64,000 nt of DNA from positions 221,204 to 285,203 of the forward strand of contig JAKMXF010000309.1 in the NCBI GenBank assembly GCA_024704765.1, written 5' to 3'. The notes beneath the pieces were generated by a model. That model ran no database searches, was not told the origin of the DNA, and saw nothing but the letters and a program-made list of their open reading frames with translations. This DNA is from Oopsacas minuta. Lineage: Eukaryota > Animalia > Porifera. Both the position numbers and the translations under genes were made by a program. Positions 12,801 through 22,085 of the stretch are shown piece by piece; position 1 is the stretch's first letter; each line of letters opens with the position of its first letter.

Positions 12801-14744
12801 GAGTGTAGACTTTCCTGTGCTCTGAGTTCCTAGGATTGAGCAGACGAAAATTTTACTATCGTATCCAATAATTAATGCCAAACTGTCCAAAACAGAAGTA
12901 ACCCAACTCAGAGCAACATGATTCGCATCACCATCAATTATCTCGAAGGCCTGTCCTTCAATTAATAGATGAGCCACTATATTATTCAAATTTTCTAAAT
13001 TGAAATTTAACGCTCTATTAAGATTGAAAATACTTTTTCTCGAAAAGACTTTATGAGCCTCAAATGCTTGACCCAACTCACGGAAAATATGTTCTATACC
13101 AAACGAAGATTCGGCAATATTCTTTGCTGCTCTTACAAGATTTTGTTTGCTTTGCTTTTTGATTTCGTTTCTTTCTTCAATACTCAATTCGGATTCAAAT
13201 TTTGTGTTGTAACTTAAATTTTGCCATTTACTATATTCTGCGTATAAGGACGGAAGATGTTCCCTCGATAAAGAGTTAAAATCATTACTCAACAAGTTCC
13301 AAATTGTATAAAACTCACCTTTAGGACTTCCGAAAGTTTTACAATGTTGAATAACATCTACAAAGATGGGAGATGGATTTTGTAAATATATAAATTGATT
13401 TTGACGAGCTTTGTTCATCTCCTGTTTTATAGTTTCTTGAGATTTTGAAATACCGACTTTATGAGAATCGCGGTTTGCTTCAGCCCAAAGCAACCAAGAA
13501 TCACCCTGAAGTGGTAGCATTGATTGTTTAGCTAATGCAAGCGGCTCAGATTCTTCTGAGTCAGTTGCTAGATTGCTCAAAATTGTTTGTATTATTTTGT
13601 CAACTACACTTTGACAATCTTGAATATTATCTTCATCTGTATCAATATAAATAGACTTTGTTTTAGCAATTTCTGTACAGTCTTCTAAATTAATCTTAAT
13701 TATAGGGACCTTCATTAGCATTGAAGAAATACTAATCGCAATCTCATTGATATCTTCGCCTAAACTAGTTTTATTCAGAAGTATAACATTATCACTTGGA
13801 GTTTCCAGAATATCAGGAAGAGTTGGTTCAAAAGTTAATTGTGAAATTTCACTCTGATAAAGTAGGAAGACAGATTTTCGGGCATATTCATTATGGAAAC
13901 TGATAAGAAATTCGGAAAGATGTTGATTACATTGACTAATCGGGACGAGAATGTATATAAGAGTAGACACTGAAGAAATGAAATCAAGCTGTTTTCGATA
14001 ATCCAATGCATTCCCTCTTAAATTCAACATCATACAGGGTTCTGGAAATATGAATTTGGAAAAGTGCGGTTCATTATCAAATTTCGGAAGCAGCCAAGCA
14101 ATTTCAACAGTTCCATCAAGAAAAAATCTCCTTTTCACATTTCCAAGTTGATTTCTATGAAAGAAATAATCAGGTATTCCAATAATTTGATTTAACATTT
14201 CGGATTTCTGACTTTTTCCACATTCACCAACTCGAATGAATGAAATTATTGGAAGATTTTCCTCAGTAACGGAGAATGATTTACCAGCATGATCTTGATC
14301 AATGTAATCTTTGTATAGCGTCTTAAGGGCAAAATGATAAAAAGTAGGCCGTTGAGGAGAAAGATGAGAAGCAATTAAAGGAAGAGATAGCTGACATTTA
14401 GATACTTGTGTGACGAAGGTTTGACGAAATATTGGAGTGCATTGAAAGAATAAATATAAAAATATATCCATAGGATGTACTAGATCACAAGTATTATCCT
14501 GCGAATGAAACTTGACCATATCCAATATTTTAACTATGCCTTGGCTTGGTGTATGAGGATTCACGTTTCTAGGAAATTGCCTACTGGTACAATCAAGCAT
14601 CATTATTTTATCTAACATGAACTTTGGTAGATCTTGAAGAGAAGTTATTTCTTGTTGGGGAAGTGTGGATGAGATTGTGATGGCATCTCGCAGAGAAATC
14701 ACGGGTGGGCGTAAAATTTCAAGATGTTTGCAAAAATCTTCCAT
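9834..14744 (-). CDS. Very large inducible GTPase (VLIG/GVIN1-URGCP family); coding region in one exon, about 1636 aa
   Basis: G1 ILGTQSTGKSTLLNTMFG, G2 VSSGRCTRG, G3 LLDTEGL, G4-like FVHQNV, DNELAT; N-terminal URGCP-like region; C-terminal CPFC...HRPQG cysteine-rich motif. Confidence 0.9.
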   Translation of the reverse strand: MEDFCKHLEILRPPVISLRDAITISSTLPQQEITSLQDLPKFMLDKIMMLDCTSRQFPRNVNPHTPSQGIVKILDMVKFHSQDNTCDLVHPMDIFLYLFFQCTPIFRQTFVTQVSKCQLSLPLIASHLSPQRPTFYHFALKTLYKDYIDQDHAGKSFSVTEENLPIISFIRVGECGKSQKSEMLNQIIGIPDYFFHRNQLGNVKRRFFLDGTVEIAWLLPKFDNEPHFSKFIFPEPCMMLNLRGNALDYRKQLDFISSVSTLIYILVPISQCNQHLSEFLISFHNEYARKSVFLLYQSEISQLTFEPTLPDILETPSDNVILLNKTSLGEDINEIAISISSMLMKVPIIKINLEDCTEIAKTKSIYIDTDEDNIQDCQSVVDKIIQTILSNLATDSEESEPLALAKQSMLPLQGDSWLLWAEANRDSHKVGISKSQETIKQEMNKARQNQFIYLQNPSPIFVDVIQHCKTFGSPKGEFYTIWNLLSNDFNSLSREHLPSLYAEYSKWQNLSYNTKFESELSIEERNEIKKQSKQNLVRAAKNIAESSFGIEHIFRELGQAFEAHKVFSRKSIFNLNRALNFNLENLNNIVAHLLIEGQAFEIIDGDANHVALSWVTSVLDSLALIIGYDSKIFVCSILGTQSTGKSTLLNTMFGAKFPVSSGRCTRGIFMQLIPIESMLRTKLGYDYLVLLDTEGLRAPELSIDSSYRRDNELATIAIGLGDMTIINLYGEGHGEVQDILQIIIFAFIRMKESYIKPRCMFVHQNVPDTHAHTNLLTARSNLIKTLDKMTECAAQQENKNLFYKQFTDVIEFNLNEEVFYFPGLFEGEPPLNKVSIGYSKKAANLRQYILTCFVNTPNKKFQTVMNWSIKLEALWKSVLEENFIFSYKNALEVTSRFELDRRISSWHSSYIQLFNKSKSESINQLFNADFDELDEIRANLVSNLQQEKLTPSIGITTQEDLLQNYFVVHDNVEVYSQWKGNTENYFQCKREKHTNKMEEDLNSIYKLQKNKKKMDENFVRSRKEILLKVHQLFTETIEKGESLSDKSLVESRFNSIWDEWKSEIQVEKVELCDISRDLQKAYIDSPLIKAMNVLADKQMILSNCDEFVNIGNGKFQHLSSLQPQNTSNSYYYLHDMVSKVRLGIGYIRSIFSKESKEDVGNAQFKIILSILSSECERKIDDYLSTLLKNQSPYDPNYFLIIIDICHQILSKHNSTQQQVSQQPLELTTDFIYDMIFFNCCKAIPMLQKIQDEFLSRTSLDLKFEYLEEILRRTFSKLCEGIESEYLCALELAKIVFSGLKNGLADSVSREFLSAFMNDSKNIITYSDRPSLILTILKDLARDKNFNNYLSYIYHPINYLSQNIQNTLTTYSKRNDIMEKVVNNISKNVEILIDFFISECSHACPDDESSPNADMLIRFKESFYTQIKCKVRDVTYNDLDVLDLYTISNYQQFSGLFAKELRRMANDTDWLIWITDTLKLETFLYKRITDSILECEELCPFCNELCQLSCGDHKHYCGTFHRPQGVSGWRDRYTNQICYNECTTNLRDRGRFYYNDLLYEFIHYRRVNSRFRSWKILGEDAIDSKYWHWVLCQFEKDFVEHFKIQSNPYIQENWSNLTEDEVIKDLESHYRLHVFSK

Positions 14745-15422
14745 GATAATCAACTATCATCTAAGTAATATACACAATGAGAACTTTGACATTGAGATGT
14801 AAACAAGAAAAATAAATTTAAATAGTAAATAGACATTACCTGGCAGTAGGGGTCCTCACTTAGGTGAGAGAAGCGTTATCAAGAATCGGAAAACTGGTAA
14901 ATTTATATCGCAAAACAATAGTTTACACTTAATAGACCATTGTTTGAGATCTAAATTCTCAGTAAACATTTATCAAACAAAAAGTAAAAATCAAACTATT
15001 TATACTGATTTGGAACATCAAAGTACCTGTGTCTTTAGATGTACATATACATATAAAATTCTTTTTGTAAAATAACTTGGGTAACTATACTGGATCAGTT
15101 CATGTAATTTATGATAATCGAAAATCCAAACATAAAAGACATAATTACCTCATAAATGATGAAATCGACTTGTGAATATTTATTGAAAATATACGTACAG
15201 TCAACTCGCGTTATATCAAACACGGATACATTGAAATACCCGCTTATATCGAAGTCTGAAATTGTACAAATATAGTCCCAAACCGTCAAAGTAACATAAT
15301 TGTCATATTTGAAGTAATAATCGCGGTCCTTTGGGCTTCGATATAACGGTAGCTGACTTCATAAATTAGTGTAATCCTAAATATATTCAAACTTGTTTGA
15401 ACGATGACAAATACAAACATAA

Positions 15423-16349
15423 TCAGTTAGATTCAGAGCCTGACGAATAATCTAATTTCAGTAATCCTTTAGAATTAGTATTCACAGATTTTGGTGTTTC
15501 TTTAATTGTGCCAGAGATTCTAGGCTTCAAATTGGCTGTCTGTCTTTTTGTTACAAAAGTTTGAAGTTTTGATTTATAAGTTTTCTTGGAAATTTCCTCT
15601 GATTTTAACCCAAACTCTTCAGTGAAACAACGTTTTTCATCTGGAAGCAGATCAGATTCGATTTTCCGTTTCTTCATATTATCATTTTCAACATCACCAT
15701 CTTTAGGATTACCCTCAATAAGTTTGGTCACGGTTTCTTTCTTCAGCGCACCGAAATATTTGCTAACCAATTTCTCATCTTCAATTTCATCGAGTGTAAT
15801 ACCATTTTTCTCTACCACAGTATAACCTTCTATAATCTGTCCTACATTAACCTGCTCCAATCTACTATTTTGATCTTTTATTCCCTCCAGAGCATCAAGG
15901 ATATCAATTTCCTGTTTACTCTCTTTCGTACGTCGTTCTAATGCCAACATTGGATTCTCAGCCTCCTCGTTTTCTTTCAATCTCTCATCCTCTTCTGCTG
16001 CCATTATAGCCAGCCGTTCTGCTTGAAAATTTCTCATTGCACCGTTTTCACATACATAATCTGTGTTTTTTGGATCTGTCTTAAATGTTATTTCAGAAAT
16101 ACATCGTGTACAGCGAATATAAAACCGGTATATACGAATTCCTAGATACTCTTGGTCCCAAACGGTCTCTTTTCGAGCGTTAAACTTTTTACCTTTGTAA
16201 ATATATTCACCACAGGTTGTACAACGCATTGAGAAAGGTGCCATTAGACGGACGACATATTGACGGTCTTTTGGTAGGATTAATTTTGGGATATTTGCTG
16301 GATCGAAATCAGGAGGATAATATTTGTTCAGAACCTTACGTTCACCCAT
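15423..16349 (-). CDS. YJU2: Splicing factor YJU2 (CCDC94), intronless
   Basis: [17 protein letters not shown]...[21 protein letters not shown]...RFYIRCTRC zinc-binding signature. Confidence 0.96.
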   Translation of the reverse strand: MGERKVLNKYYPPDFDPANIPKLILPKDRQYVVRLMAPFSMRCTTCGEYIYKGKKFNARKETVWDQEYLGIRIYRFYIRCTRCISEITFKTDPKNTDYVCENGAMRNFQAERLAIMAAEEDERLKENEEAENPMLALERRTKESKQEIDILDALEGIKDQNSRLEQVNVGQIIEGYTVVEKNGITLDEIEDEKLVSKYFGALKKETVTKLIEGNPKDGDVENDNMKKRKIESDLLPDEKRCFTEEFGLKSEEISKKTYKSKLQTFVTKRQTANLKPRISGTIKETPKSVNTNSKGLLKLDYSSGSESN

Positions 16350-16419
16350 TACTTGCTAAATAATATCTACTATGATAAATATGTGAGTAAACGTAGGTAG
16401 ATGAAGGTGTTAAATAATG

Positions 16420-16540
16420 CAGTGGTTCCCAACCTGAGGTACATGAAGCCCTTGGTAGTCCATGGAAGCGGACGACAGCAAGGGGTTCACAGAATGTGTA
16501 AAAATTGTTCCGTGGGGGTAATAAAGGTTGGGAAGCGCTG
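16420..16540. mobile_element. hAT-type MITE
   Basis: TIR CAGTGGTTCCCAACC / GGTTGGGAAGCGCTG; 8-bp TSD AAATAATG / AACTAATG (7 of 8 match). Confidence 0.75.
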
Positions 16541-16926
16541 AACTAATGGAATATTGCAATTATGAACAAAAAATGATACAAATTTTGAGATTGTATTTCT
16601 GAGATTGTGTGACACTGTCCCCCGGCTTGACATTGTGGATCATTAGGAATTATAGGACTTATGTCGAAATAGACCTCCAAACAGTGACGTTACTGCTGGA
16701 GGGTAAATATGAGCGTAATAGTAAATTCGCAAAATAAATGGTATTAGAATTGGGGCAGAGTCATTTGGTAGTCTTTGTATGGACTTGAAAAGTCCTAGAA
16801 ACAAATCGCGAAATGATATAATAATTGCACACAGAAAACTGAAGACAAAATACGTAAACTAAGCGATAATATAAACTTACACATAAATAACTATTATCAC
16901 AATTAGTAATTATAAATTGAAATTCT

Positions 16927-17199
16927 TCAATCTTTGTAATCAGGTCTGACACTCAACTCGTCTTTATATATTGGATTACCACCACGTCCTGGTACATCCC
17001 AAAACTTGACTACAGTGTGTGGCTTAATTCGTTCCCATGGGTGAGGATTAGATTTGTGGTTGAGAACAACTTCTGGATTACGGATACCAATTCGTACCAA
17101 TGCTATGCCAGCAAGGGAAAGGCCAGCTACCACAAAGCCTACTAACGGCCAAAGTGGTGTGTGATGGCGGATAACCTGCATCGTATGTCTTACACTCAT
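16927..17199 (-). CDS. NDUFA4: NDUFA4/COXFA4-like cytochrome c oxidase subunit, paralogue 1 (90 aa)
   Basis: H-x-PLWPLV, one TM helix, NPEV...PWERI...KF...RPDY matches the B12D/NDUFA4 family; ATG at 17199. Confidence 0.85.
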   Translation of the reverse strand: MSVRHTMQVIRHHTPLWPLVGFVVAGLSLAGIALVRIGIRNPEVVLNHKSNPHPWERIKPHTVVKFWDVPGRGGNPIYKDELSVRPDYKD

Positions 17200-17266
17200 C
17201 GTTAATATGCTAAATCGCTTTGGAAAAGTTTTGTTAAATATTTTAATAGTGTGTTGGCATGTAATA

Positions 17267-17425
17267 CAGTCAACTCCAGTTATATAGAAGCTCAATAATT
17301 ACTTTGATATGACCGGTGAAATATTCGCTACTTTAACGGTTTGGGGCCGTTATTTGTACAATTTCATAATTTGATATAAGCGGGTATTCTGATATATTCG
17401 TGTTCGATGTAACGGGAGTTGACTG
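17267..17425. mobile_element. MITE family A between the two NDUFA4 genes
   Basis: TA-CAGTCAACTCCAGTTATAT...GGGAGTTGACTG-TA. Confidence 0.88.
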
Positions 17426-17659
17426 TATAATTTATTCAGGAAGTTCAGAATATGGCACAACACGAATAAGCGTATTATTCTTCCAGAAATTACTGATTTC
17501 CAAGATGTACGAAATTATCCGCGGAAATATTTCGCAAACTAAATGAATTTCAAAAGCCGATCAACCAATCAATTCACATTTCACCTCAAACACACAGCAC
17601 AATATTTGTATAAACTATCACGAATGGAAAAATATCGTATAAACATCTATCAATTAATT

Positions 17660-17932
17660 ATGGAAATTGTTCGCGTTGCAGCTAAAACAATCAAAAACCA
17701 TTCTCCTCTCTGGCCATTAGTTGTAATAACAGTTACTGGGTTATCAATGGGTGGATTCTCTATAGTCAGAATTGGCTTGACACACCCTGAAGTAGCTTTT
17801 GACCGGAAAAAGGAAACAAGACCCTGGGAGAGGATAAAGCCCGGGACCGTTGTAAAGTTCTTCGATCCACTCGACAGGAAAAGTGGGAAATGCAAAGACG
17901 AGGGCATTAAAAGGCCAGATTATAAGGCATAG
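17660..17932 (+). CDS. NDUFA4: NDUFA4/COXFA4-like subunit, paralogue 2 (90 aa)
   Basis: KNHSPLWPLV, TM helix, HPEV...PWERIKP...KF...RPDYK; about half of residues identical to paralogue 1; an in-frame upstream ATG also exists. Confidence 0.85.
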   Translation: MEIVRVAAKTIKNHSPLWPLVVITVTGLSMGGFSIVRIGLTHPEVAFDRKKETRPWERIKPGTVVKFFDPLDRKSGKCKDEGIKRPDYKA

Positions 17933-18489
17933 TTTAGTGTTTGTTAATATGGTTATAATCATCTCGCCCATATTTCGTGAGAATTATGTGTGTGTTGTAG
18001 CTTTTCATTATTGAATTAGTCAGGGAGATAAATAAGAAAATATTATAAGCACCGTTGTAGTACGCGTATTAAATAAGTAAATATAGTCAACATCTGGTAA
18101 CTCGAATACCCGTTAACTTGAACATTCGTGATCTCGAACGAATTATACTTTTAGTACTTATCGCATCCGTTAACTAGAACAGACTTGTTTTCCCCTGAGG
18201 GTTGGAGTTATGATGTTAACTGAATTCCAGTTATTGGGCGAAAATTACCTGGAAATTGAGTGGATCGTTTTATCACCCCCATTTATAACGGTCTAAAAGC
18301 ACCAGTGTAATTTATGGAACTAGTGCGAAAAGCACTTATTGTTATAGAAGACAACATGAACTACATTTTCGCATTTTAGACATTTCAAAATAACCGAAAG
18401 TTATCGAGATGTAGTCACTCTCGGTAGCGCCACCATTAATATATAATAGAAGCCCTGAATAATATTAATAAATAATAGTAGCTAATAAC

Positions 18490-18686
18490 TCAAGGTCGCC
18501 ACAGATGTAATTGTCCATCAGAAGTATATGTAGCTATAATATTTTGGTGAGGATGATGTGTTATACCCAGTACATGGTTACTTTCTATGACGTCATTTGA
18601 TTGATCTGGGTTGGTTACTATGTCTGGTGTTCCTAGCGGTTGTTTAACTGGTTCTAGAAATACAGAATAATGGTAAATATGAAAAT

Positions 18687-18720
<34 letters not shown>

Positions 18721-21570
18721 ATGTGTATATATACACTCATTTTCCGTTATATTTTGCCGGATATAAGAACATTGCATGTCGGTTATAAGAACATTACCTG
18801 GAAATCGGTTGCCATATACCTCTATATAAGGTATCCACTTATTGTATAATTGCGAAAAATTAGGATCGATGTATTGAAGGGGGAATATTCGAGAGAGGAG
18901 TCTATTAATATTAGCCCCTGAGAGAGGGATTATTCGATCTGGTCAATTAATAAAATACCTTTGCTTGTTGTGCTTGTATCCATAGGGACACCATCAACTC
19001 CTGTATCTTTAACTTTACCTATATTCTCTATTACAGTCAGTGTATGCTCTAATCTCCCAGTACTTGTACTGAAACAGTATAATACGTTATCTTCTCCTAC
19101 ACAGTATATCCATTCTCCTTGTGGACTCAAACAAGAGCATGTGAATTCACCTTTTCTCCTTTTACCTGTGAATATGAGAATGTTAAATTGAGTATAGGTT
19201 TCCTCCCGATAGATAAAACAAGGCCAAAGGAATATACCGAATATTATTTTTTCACGCTATTCCCTATTCCACCCAAAAAATCCATACACACATTCTATCC
19301 ATATCACAAACAATAATTTACTCTAACCAGAGCTGAAAGACTTGACAGTCATTCCCTGTAGGTTCATAACAGCTACCACATTAGTTCTGCTACACACTAC
19401 ATACTGATCTGAAGTTCTAGGCAGCATCATTATACTATTTATAGCCATCTCTACGCCTGTAGGACCAAGTGGACCTGTAGGGGAACATAGTATCAAAGAC
19501 AACCAAATATTAAATAATATGTTGTAGTCTATATATTTCTCATTATAATTGTCTGTAAACACTATTTTACCTTTGAACTGAGCTATGCACTCAGTAGTCT
19601 TAAAACTCCACATACGTACAGTACCATCTAATCCACAAGATATTACATTATGGGAATCTGGTAGGAAACATGCTGTGCTGACTGAACTTGTATGACCTTT
19701 GAACTCTTTTATTGCTTTACCAGATCTTAAACCATGGATACGAATTGTCTTGTCAGATGAAGTGGAGAGGATTTGGCTTGAATCTCGACTGAAGGTGAGA
19801 TGGAGGGTTGGACCAAAATGCGCGCGTTCGAATCTTCGCAGACACTGTCCAGTTTGTATCTATAAGGATTCTGAATAATACGAATTTTCAATAATTTCAA
19901 GGGCTTCATGTTAAAGTCCACCCGAAAATATCCAGAAATATAGCAAAAAATAGAACAAATTCCAGCGATTTCAAAATTTCCTTGGATAAGATCTGGAAAT
20001 GTTCATAATGCCGAAAATTCTTAATAGACAATTCTAGACAAGAAATTATCAAAAACAAACCTTCCAAACTTTGATTTTTCCATCTTTACTACCAGTAGCC
20101 AGCATTTCACTATCTCGTGAGAAATCCAGACACAATACACTATCCTCCATTAACATATAATTATCCTGACTTTGAAACTTCAGATCTTTACGTAATTTCC
20201 CTGTAGTAAAATTCCAAACTTCTACAAATCCATCAGCTGATCCCGTAACTAGATATTGACCATCCGGGGAGAATAAGGCTACTTCTGGATGAGAAGTTTT
20301 GCTGAATTTTATTAGCTTGTTGAGTTGGGTTGGACATTTGTCTTCCTCCATGCCCTTATAAGGAAATAATGGTTAAAGTAAAAGCAAGGCACGTATTTAT
20401 GAGATATTTTTCAGCTACACATGATGTACATCTAAGAATGCGGGCGGGCGGAAGTTCATTGTCATTAGGGTATCTCATTATTTTATGACGTTATCATATA
20501 CAAAGTGGACAATTCATGAAAAATAGCTTACCTTGATAGCAGCTTTCCCTCTAAACACATCAATATTAGAACCAGGAGGTAATAGTCCTTGATGTTGTTG
20601 CCATTTTATTGACTGGGCGAGTAGAGCTAATAAACGACTTGGTGGCACTACAGATACTTCTCCAGCAAGCTCTTGAGCTATGATATTCCTTCTCTTCTCT
20701 TTGCTACCTCCGTCTGGGTATGCCTCTCTTGGATCGAAAAAGGTTCGACCTAAGAAACAAGGTGTGAAATATGATTAATCACCAAAAAGGTGTGAGAGTT
20801 TAAAATACAATCAGGGTCCTTATTATCAACATCCTCCTATAATGAACCAGGCCAGTGGCACCAATCTATTAATTCCCATAGAATTTCTATGAAATTAAGA
20901 ATGACTTGCCAAAGTTTCCGGGATTCCTGGATTTTCGCGAGTTTCCACTTCATATCAGGGGAAATATTTGAAATATAGGAAAATTTGGTATTTTTTGCTA
21001 TATGTCTGGATATTTTCTGGTGGAATAGGGGAAATAACGTGAAATCCGAAATATTTAGAAATGTGTGTGCCTATTTTACCAAATAATAGCCTCAAATTGC
21101 TATTTTTGGATGTAAAACTTTGAATTCAGGTAATTAGCTAATAAATTGCCGGAAATTAGGATGGTAAGTATTCTATGATAGTAATTATAACTAGAATTCC
21201 AATTACCCAATAACGTTTCCAAGTGTAAATACTTCTCCGGTTGCTGCTGTTTCAACATTAACATCGGATCAGTATTCCTTAACAAACTCCTCGCAGCGCC
21301 AAGTTCTCTCAATTCAATCAATTCCAATACAATTTGTTCATATAAAGTGATAAGCTTATTATCAGGCAATTTCAATGATTGAATCGCTAAAAGAACTGTG
21401 TCCCAATGTCCATGGTTAATTTCTGATACAAAACTCTCTATAGAGTCTACTGTATTCAAAGTTACTGACGTCTCCTCTTGTAAGGTCGCGAGAGATCGCA
21501 TTAGGTTATTTTCTTTCAGGAATTGCTGTATTAATCGTATGACGTCACTAGCTTCTATCTCTATTGACAT
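18490..21570 (-). CDS. SMU1: WD40 splicing factor SMU1, multi-exon
   Basis: [23 protein letters not shown] (LisH/CTLH), [44 protein letters not shown], terminal DGQLHLWRP. Confidence 0.97.
18689..18719. repeat. (GT)n microsatellite in a SMU1 intron
   Basis: About 15 uninterrupted GT units. Confidence 0.97.
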
Positions 21571-21761
21571 TTTGTTTGTTGAAGTGAAACGCTAAGTTTG
21601 GAATTTGATAGGAGAAATACATTAATTCAAAAGTTGAAAATATTTGGAACTCTTTTCAAGATAAATTTCTAGTGTACGATTACTCCCGCTATTTCGAATT
21701 ACTACCAGCTTCTATCAAAGTCTGATATTGTAAAATATGCCCAAACAGTCAAAGTAGCACA

Positions 21762-21876
21762 CAGCAGACTCCGTTTAATATGGTAACATCGGGACCAGGA
21801 AATTTTGACCCGATTAAGTGTTCTGTTTCTGGCGCGAGCCGATTAACCGGTTGTTCTATTGAGCAGAGTCTACCGC
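21762..21876. mobile_element. MITE (CAGTAGACTC-type TIR) nested inside a family A MITE
   Basis: Inner termini CAGCAGACTC / GAGTCTACCG split the outer element, whose halves rejoin to match the 4450 and 15198 copies. Confidence 0.7.
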
Positions 21877-22085
21877 ATTTCTTCGATTACATCGAGTAAT
21901 TATCGCGGTCCCTTTAGCTTCGGAATGACGGGAGTTTATTGTATATTGTAAAAGATAAATGTAACAAAACATCTTCCTAAAAACTGCTGAAATAATACTA
22001 AAAATATATCTCACACAAAAATATACTAGCACACTGGGAGAAATACAATTCGTGAATTTGCTAATCCGAAAAATATGCAAATTTT

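Noticed and set aside
17200-17295. N-terminal extensions of the NDUFA4 ORFs (122 and 129 aa in the track)
   Set aside because: The extension of copy 1 runs into the MITE; family similarity starts at the downstream ATGs and gives 90 aa for both
18490-18777. His-Thr repeat proteins (also 35793-35990)
   Set aside because: Translations of (GT)n microsatellites; only the 3' end of the first ORF is the real last SMU1 exon
19323-19613. Collagen-like GPLGPTG motif
   Set aside because: Only two triplets, at the junction of intron sequence and a SMU1 WD40 exon
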